A stretch of DNA of 64,000 nt from Candidatus Poribacteria bacterium. Its GTDB lineage: Bacteria; Poribacteria; WGA-4E; UBA9662. The translations under genes were made by a program, and so were the position numbers. Within the stretch, counting starts at the first letter, position 1; each line of letters opens with the position of its first letter. Shown piece after piece: positions 58,650-64,000 of the stretch. The stretch is from positions 42,652 through 106,651 of the forward strand of contig JAYZAL010000066.1 of NCBI GenBank assembly GCA_036339735.1. The letters run 5' to 3'. The notes beneath the pieces were generated by a model that was given only the letters and a program-made list of their open reading frames with translations, did not search any database and was not told where the DNA came from.

Positions 58650-60917
58650 CTAATTTTGTTGCTTGCGAATTAGGTTAAGAGCAGATCCAGCCCTGACCCA
58701 TTCAATCTGTTGATCATTGTAAGTATGATTCAGTAAGATAATATCTACTGAGCTGTCTTGATGAACGAGCTCTAAAGTTAATTGTCTTCCAGGAGAAAAA
58801 TCGGCTAAGTCAACAAAGTTGAAAGTGTCATCCTCCCGAATTTTATCGTAATCAGCTTCGTTTGCAAATGTCAACCCCAGCAGTCCCTGTTTTTTGAGGT
58901 TTGTTTCATGTATGCGAGCAAAGGATTTAACAATCACGGCTCGTACGCCCAAATGCCTCGGTTCCATAGCTGCATGCTCTCTAGAACTCCCTTCACCATA
59001 GTTGTGGTCGCCAATAACAATTGAAGGAACTCCCGCTGCCTTGTAAGCCCGTGCGACATTGGGCACTTCGCCGATAGATCCATCAAGCTGATTTTTGATT
59101 TGGTTAGTTTTTCCATTAAAAGCATTGACCGCACCAATTAAACAGTTGTTACTAATGTTGTCTAAATGGCCTCTAAAACGTAACCAAGGCCCTGCCATAG
59201 ATATGTGATCAGTAGTACATTTCCCTTCAGCCTTGATTAGTAACTTAGCCTCAGTAATATTTTGGCCATCCCAGGCGGGAAATGGGGTTAACAATTGCAG
59301 ACGCTCAGAATCAGGATTGACAACTACCTCGATTTTACTGCCATCATCGGCTGGAGCCTGATAACCATTATCTTCTACTGCGAAACCGGCCGATGGTAAT
59401 TCCATCCCACAAGGTTCATCCAATTTAATTTTCCGGCCATCCTCTCGAGTTAGTTCATCAGTCATAGGATTAAAGTCCAACCGACCTGAAATTGCTACCG
59501 CTGCAACCATTTCAGGGGAAGCGACAAAAGCATGCGTATTAGGATTTCCATCTGCACGCTTAGCAAAATTACGATTAAATGAGTGAACAATCGAGTTCTT
59601 TTCCTCTTTTTCAGAACCTTTCCTATCCCATTGACCAATGCAAGGGCCACAAGCATTGGTAAAAATGCGGGTTGATTCAAATTTATTGAAGGTGTCTAGC
59701 AATCCATCTCTTTCGGCTGTATAGCGAACTTGTTCCGACCCTGGATTTATACCCAAGATGGCTTTAGGCCTAACGCCTTTTTCAATCGCATCCTCAACGA
59801 TCGAAGCTGCTCGTGTCAAATCTTCGTATGATGAGTTAGTACACGAACCTATTAGGGCCCACTCTACATCCAATGGCCAATCATTAGAAACTGCTTTTTC
59901 CTTCATCTCGGATACAGGTGTAGCTAGATCTGGTGTAAATGGACCGTTGAGATGAGGAGTTAATTCTGATAAGTTAATTTCAATTACTTGATCAAAATAC
60001 TGATCTGGATTTGCATAGACTTCATCGTCTCCGGTTAGATGTTCCATGATCGAATTTGCATGGTCGGCAACATCATCACGGCCCGTCGCACGCAAATAAC
60101 GCTCCATACTTTCATCGTAACCAAATGTCGAAGTCGTTGCGCCAATTTCGGCACCCATATTACAAATGGTTCCTTTACCAGTAGCAGATAAGCTTTCTGC
60201 GCCCTCACCAAAATACTCGACGATACAGCCTGTTCCACCTTTTACGGTTAGGATTCCGGCAACTTTTAGGATGACATCCTTAGGGGCAGCCCAACCGCTT
60301 AATCTACCGGTTAGCTTAATACCAATCAGGTTGGGAAACTTCAATTCCCAAGGCATTCCAGCCATGACATCAACAGCATCGGCTCCGCCAACACCAATTG
60401 CAACCATACCAAGACCACCTGCGTTGACCGTGTGGGAGTCAGTTCCAATCATCATGCCTCCAGGGAAAGCATAATTTTCTAAAACTACTTGATGAATAAT
60501 ACCTGCACCTGGCTTCCAGAAACCGATACCATACTTGTTGCATACAGAACTCAGAAAATTGAAAACCTCGTTGTTGGTATTCAGGCTTTCTTGTAAATCT
60601 TTATCCGCACCTATTTTTGCCTGAATCAGGTGATCGGCGTGAGCAGTTGAAGGAACGGCCGTTTTGTTTTTACCAGCCTGCATAAACTGAAGCAATGCCA
60701 TCTGCGCAGTAGCATCTTGCATCGCAACTCTATCGGGTCCGAAATCTACATAATCTTGGCCTCTTCGAAAAGCCTGAGTAATTTCTCCATTCCACAAATG
60801 GGCATACAAAATCTTTTCAGATAGTGTTAAGGCTTGACCAACAACTTGGCGAGCTGAATCGACCTGTTTTGGGAATTGGTCATATACTTTTTTAATCATC
60901 TCAAAATCAAAAGCCAT
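58650..60917 (-). CDS. acn: Aconitate hydratase (mitochondrial/Bacteroidota-like type)
   Basis: [51 protein letters not shown] and [10 protein letters not shown]; 755 aa. Confidence 0.95.
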   Translation of the reverse strand: MAFDFEMIKKVYDQFPKQVDSARQVVGQALTLSEKILYAHLWNGEITQAFRRGQDYVDFGPDRVAMQDATAQMALLQFMQAGKNKTAVPSTAHADHLIQAKIGADKDLQESLNTNNEVFNFLSSVCNKYGIGFWKPGAGIIHQVVLENYAFPGGMMIGTDSHTVNAGGLGMVAIGVGGADAVDVMAGMPWELKFPNLIGIKLTGRLSGWAAPKDVILKVAGILTVKGGTGCIVEYFGEGAESLSATGKGTICNMGAEIGATTSTFGYDESMERYLRATGRDDVADHANSIMEHLTGDDEVYANPDQYFDQVIEINLSELTPHLNGPFTPDLATPVSEMKEKAVSNDWPLDVEWALIGSCTNSSYEDLTRAASIVEDAIEKGVRPKAILGINPGSEQVRYTAERDGLLDTFNKFESTRIFTNACGPCIGQWDRKGSEKEEKNSIVHSFNRNFAKRADGNPNTHAFVASPEMVAAVAISGRLDFNPMTDELTREDGRKIKLDEPCGMELPSAGFAVEDNGYQAPADDGSKIEVVVNPDSERLQLLTPFPAWDGQNITEAKLLIKAEGKCTTDHISMAGPWLRFRGHLDNISNNCLIGAVNAFNGKTNQIKNQLDGSIGEVPNVARAYKAAGVPSIVIGDHNYGEGSSREHAAMEPRHLGVRAVIVKSFARIHETNLKKQGLLGLTFANEADYDKIREDDTFNFVDLADFSPGRQLTLELVHQDSSVDIILLNHTYNDQQIEWVRAGSALNLIRKQQN

Positions 60918-61045
60918 AGTATGTGTCTCCTATCAACTGTCAGCTGGGCAATCCGATCAATAAAATGCGCCATCGATGCACATCAAGCAGGCCGTATGTT
61001 AGCATATTTTTCGACTGGAACACAAAGTCCAATTGTTAATTTGGC

Positions 61046-61074
61046 TTGACGAGTAAATTTGCTGGTGGTAAGAT
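61046..61074 (+). promoter_or_regulatory. sigma70 promoter of queF
   Basis: TTGACG, 17 nt spacer, TAAGAT with an extended TG. Confidence 0.6.
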
Positions 61075-61098
61075 TGCGGACTTAACTCAAAAAACAGG

Positions 61099-61512
61099 AT
61101 GAGAATGACAAAAAACACCTATTCTGATTTACAAGATCATGTCCGAGAAATTTCAATGCCCAATATTGAAACTTGGCAAAACCAATACGCTGATAAAGAA
61201 TACACAATTGATATAACCGTCAGCGAATTTACCGCGATCTGTCCCAAAACGGGGTTGCCCGATTTTGCTGAGATTCAAATTTCTTATGTTCCAAACCAGC
61301 GTTGTGTTGAACTAAAATCGTTAAAAGAGTACATGTTTGCCTACAGAGAAATTGGTATTTTTCACGAACATGTTGTTAACAAGGTAATGGAGGATTTTAT
61401 TAGAGACTGTCAACCTAGAAAAGTTAATATTGTAGGTGATTTTAATATTCGAGGTGGAATCAAGACAGTCGTCCGAGCCAATTACGAACAGCCAACAGTC
61501 GAAAGTGAATAA
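61099..61512 (+). CDS. queF: NADPH-dependent preQ0 reductase, type I
   Basis: EFT..CPKTGLPDFA, ELKSLK.Y, FHE and RGGI. Confidence 0.95.
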   Translation: MRMTKNTYSDLQDHVREISMPNIETWQNQYADKEYTIDITVSEFTAICPKTGLPDFAEIQISYVPNQRCVELKSLKEYMFAYREIGIFHEHVVNKVMEDFIRDCQPRKVNIVGDFNIRGGIKTVVRANYEQPTVESE

Positions 61513-62557
61513 AATCAGACCATTTTCTGTCAGAAAACTGTACTGGCAGAAACCATTCAACCATTAAGCAGAGTAAAGTAAAAGCTAGCGGCCATTGGAA
61601 TTTATCTTCGTATCGGGTGTATCTCTGTTTTTGTACAATTGATTGCTTGAAGTTAGATAATGCCTGATAAAGATCATTGATTTCTTTCGTTGAATTAGAT
61701 AAACGATAATACGAGCCCCCCGTGGTTTCTGCGATTCCTTTTAGTAACTTTTCATTCAGCTTGGATACAACCACGTTACCTTTTTGATCTTTTTTATAAC
61801 CGTATAATCTGCCTTGTTCATTGTAAACTGGGATCGGACTTCCTATGTCTGGTTGCCCGATACCTAGGCAATAAATCCGAACTTCATGCTCTTTGGCAAT
61901 TTTTGCTGTTTCAAGAGCAACTTGGCTGTGATCTTCACCATCACTAACAAAAACAAGTATTTTTTTTCTTTGTTCAATGGTTAACCTAGAGTCAACCGTT
62001 TGTTCTGAAAAGTGGTCAATGGCTAACTGAATGGCTCGACTAATTTCGGTTCCACTATGAGATACAGTAGTTGAATCAATTGACAACAGAAAAGTTTTGA
62101 TGGACGAATAATCGGTTGTAAGTGGACTCTGAATATAGCTACTACCAGCAAAAACAATTAACCCAATCCCATCGTTATTTACTAGGTCTAGTAATTGAAT
62201 AATTTTTGTTTTGGCGAACTCTAACCGGCTCGGTTTCATATCCTGAGCTAACATACTCGTCGACACATCAATAGCAATCATGATTTCAACGCCTGGTTGC
62301 CCAATAAACTCAGGTTCTTGACCAATTTGTGGTTGAAGATATGCTAGAACTAAACTAGTGAAGGCTAAGACAATGAGAAGTTGGGATAGGTGTCGGCTAT
62401 GTGGAAATATATGTCGAGTCAGATGTGAAAAAGATTGACTGAATCTTTGGCCCTGCTGTTGTTTTTGCCGATTAGCCCAAGTGAAAAGAAGAATGAGAGG
62501 AAGTATGCCCAGAAAAAGAAAAAAAGCTTTGGAATTATTGAATCGGATCCAGGACAA
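61460..62557 (-). CDS. VWA-domain membrane protein, BatB-like
   Basis: N-terminal TM helices, MIDAS DVSTSMLAQD.KPSRL, PLTTDY, SDGEDH, VVSKLNE..L..IA..TGG.Y and a C-terminal FQWPL TM. Confidence 0.88.
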   Translation of the reverse strand: MSWIRFNNSKAFFLFLGILPLILLFTWANRQKQQQGQRFSQSFSHLTRHIFPHSRHLSQLLIVLAFTSLVLAYLQPQIGQEPEFIGQPGVEIMIAIDVSTSMLAQDMKPSRLEFAKTKIIQLLDLVNNDGIGLIVFAGSSYIQSPLTTDYSSIKTFLLSIDSTTVSHSGTEISRAIQLAIDHFSEQTVDSRLTIEQRKKILVFVSDGEDHSQVALETAKIAKEHEVRIYCLGIGQPDIGSPIPVYNEQGRLYGYKKDQKGNVVVSKLNEKLLKGIAETTGGSYYRLSNSTKEINDLYQALSNFKQSIVQKQRYTRYEDKFQWPLAFTLLCLMVEWFLPVQFSDRKWSDFIHFRLLAVRNWLGRLS

Positions 62558-62559
62558 AA

Positions 62560-63579
62560 TTATTTATTCGACCTTTGTTTTGCTAGTACGGCAGCACCAA
62601 TAATGCCAGCGTCATCACCTAGTTGGGTAGTCGTAATCTCAACACCACTCATCGCATGTGGAACAGCATACTTGGTAGCGAAATGGCGAATTCGATCCAT
62701 CGTTTTGTTGCCAAGTGCTTCAATCAAACCTCCACCCAAAATAATCATCTCGGGGTTTAGAAAGTTCACTGTTGAGGCTATACCGATTCCAATGTACTTA
62801 GTAGCTCTTTTGATGACTTTAACAGTTACTTTGTCCTTTTTTCGGAAAGCTTTAGCAATAGAGCCACTTTTTATCGTATCCAATTGGTTACCGTTGATTT
62901 GAGTCAGAATGCTAGGTTCTTTATCGATCAAAATATGTTTTCTTAACTGTTTAGTAATTGCTGTTCGGCTAGCAATAGCTTCTAGACATCCTCGATTACC
63001 ACAACCGCACTTGGGACCACCGACTTTAATAATGGTGTGACCAATTTCACCTGAAGTAGAACTGGAACCGTAAAATAACTTCCCATCGATGATAATACCT
63101 CCACCAATACCGGTGCCGACAAAAATACACACGACACTCTTCTTTCCGCGACCAGCACCGAAGACATACTCACCAAGTGTACCCACATTAACATCGTTAT
63201 CTAAATGAGTTGGCAGACCTGTTTTTTCTTCCAAATCTTTCTTTAGTGGAACATTATGCCAACCAAGATTAGGAGCAAATATGACGACTCCGTCATCTGG
63301 GTCTATTGGTCCAGGAGCACCAATTCCAACTGCAGAGATTTGTTCTTTCTTGATTTTTGCCTTTTTAATAACAGAATCAACTTGGTCTGCTATTCGTTCA
63401 ATAACAGCCTCTGATCCCTGCTCAGGGGCTGTAGCTTGTTTATTTCGGGAGATAATTTGGCCATTACTATTGATAACAGAAGCCAATATTTTAGTGCCGC
63501 CCATGTCAATACCTATATGGTATTGCTTAGAATCTTGACTTCGCGTACCACTAGTTAAGGAATCTTTTTCTTCTTTCAA
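62560..63579 (-). CDS. ROK family sugar kinase (glucokinase-like)
   Basis: IGIDMGGTKI, DNDVN...LGE, GTGIGGG, GEIGH..CGCGNRGCLE and DDAGIIGAA. Confidence 0.93.
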   Translation of the reverse strand: MKEEKDSLTSGTRSQDSKQYHIGIDMGGTKILASVINSNGQIISRNKQATAPEQGSEAVIERIADQVDSVIKKAKIKKEQISAVGIGAPGPIDPDDGVVIFAPNLGWHNVPLKKDLEEKTGLPTHLDNDVNVGTLGEYVFGAGRGKKSVVCIFVGTGIGGGIIIDGKLFYGSSSTSGEIGHTIIKVGGPKCGCGNRGCLEAIASRTAITKQLRKHILIDKEPSILTQINGNQLDTIKSGSIAKAFRKKDKVTVKVIKRATKYIGIGIASTVNFLNPEMIILGGGLIEALGNKTMDRIRHFATKYAVPHAMSGVEITTTQLGDDAGIIGAAVLAKQRSNK

Positions 63580-63846
63580 AATTGTCCACCTTTAGATAAT
63601 AATTGATACCGAAAAAGCCTATGAATCAAATAGAATAATTGATTAAAGACTAAGATTTAAAAACAAGGATCCACAAAGCTATCTCAATTACCGAGGAAAA
63701 AGCTCCTATACTATAAGAACTCGAAAATCCTCTTTGAATTTGAACTGTCTCAATTCTGGTAAAACTCGGTGTACCGATAATATAACTAGCTATGGCGGAA
63801 AGTACATGGTGAACACTAGCTACCAAATTTAAGGTTATTTTAGTAG

Positions 63847-64000
63847 CTATGCCAACAGGCTCTCATGCCGAGAAACCAAACTTTTTCGTTTCTTAAAACT
63901 AGAAGCCAGACAAATTTCTTCAAGTTCTTGAGTATTTAACAATTCGTTAATCTTACCAGAGTTTACTAAGGCTGCAAGGTCATCATCATTTCCAATGTGC
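63847..64000 (-). CDS. 3' end of a probable glutaredoxin-like protein (gene starts beyond the window)
   Basis: The minus frame reads HIGNDDDLAALVNSGKINELL..., resembling the glutaredoxin C-terminal HIGG.DDL.AL...GKL..LL. Confidence 0.5.
   Translation of the reverse strand, partial: HIGNDDDLAALVNSGKINELLNTQELEEICLASSFKKRKSLVSRHESLLA

Noticed and set aside
61020-61098. preQ1 riboswitch before queF
   Set aside because: The leader after the promoter is only ~20 nt and shows no preQ1 stem or A-rich tail pattern.
1-64000. CRISPR array, tRNA/rRNA, integrase, transposase or prophage
   Set aside because: No regularly spaced DNA repeats, cloverleaf motifs or hallmark genes were seen. Repeats in the large genes are protein-level and diverged.

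Overview
About 40% GC chromosomal window from a diderm (Gram-negative type) bacterium. A secreted protein ending in a ...KDKLSTIWGQIK tail, two CRTAC1/ASPIC-UnbV paralogues, and PhyH, Gfo/Idh/MocA and FGE-sulfatase domain genes together suggest Ca. Poribacteria (inference only). No CRISPR array, tRNA, rRNA or intact mobile element was seen. The window holds: (1) an envelope cluster of a SurA-like PPIase, an unusual 1267-aa LptD with about 400 aa of nested parvulin domains inserted in a predicted periplasmic barrel turn, a 2336-aa Ig-repeat protein with a T9SS-type C-terminal domain and a PorV-like barrel; (2) a complete actinobacterial-order Pup-proteasome operon (arc-dop-pup(GGE)-prcB-prcA-pafA) behind a consensus promoter and a long, possibly structured leader; (3) a degenerate AAA+ protein with an inserted, apparently circularly permuted Ig module, next to a 2048-aa carbohydrate-binding repeat protein; (4) rnpB with an extended P1 helix; (5) three uncharacterised genes, one of them a membrane-anchored lytic transglycosylase; (6) a lone phage-type ssDNA-annealing-like gene; and (7) housekeeping genes (ppdK, argJ, ggt, hisC, aconitase, queF, ROK kinase, batB). 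All calls come from reading motifs by eye; no database searches were run.
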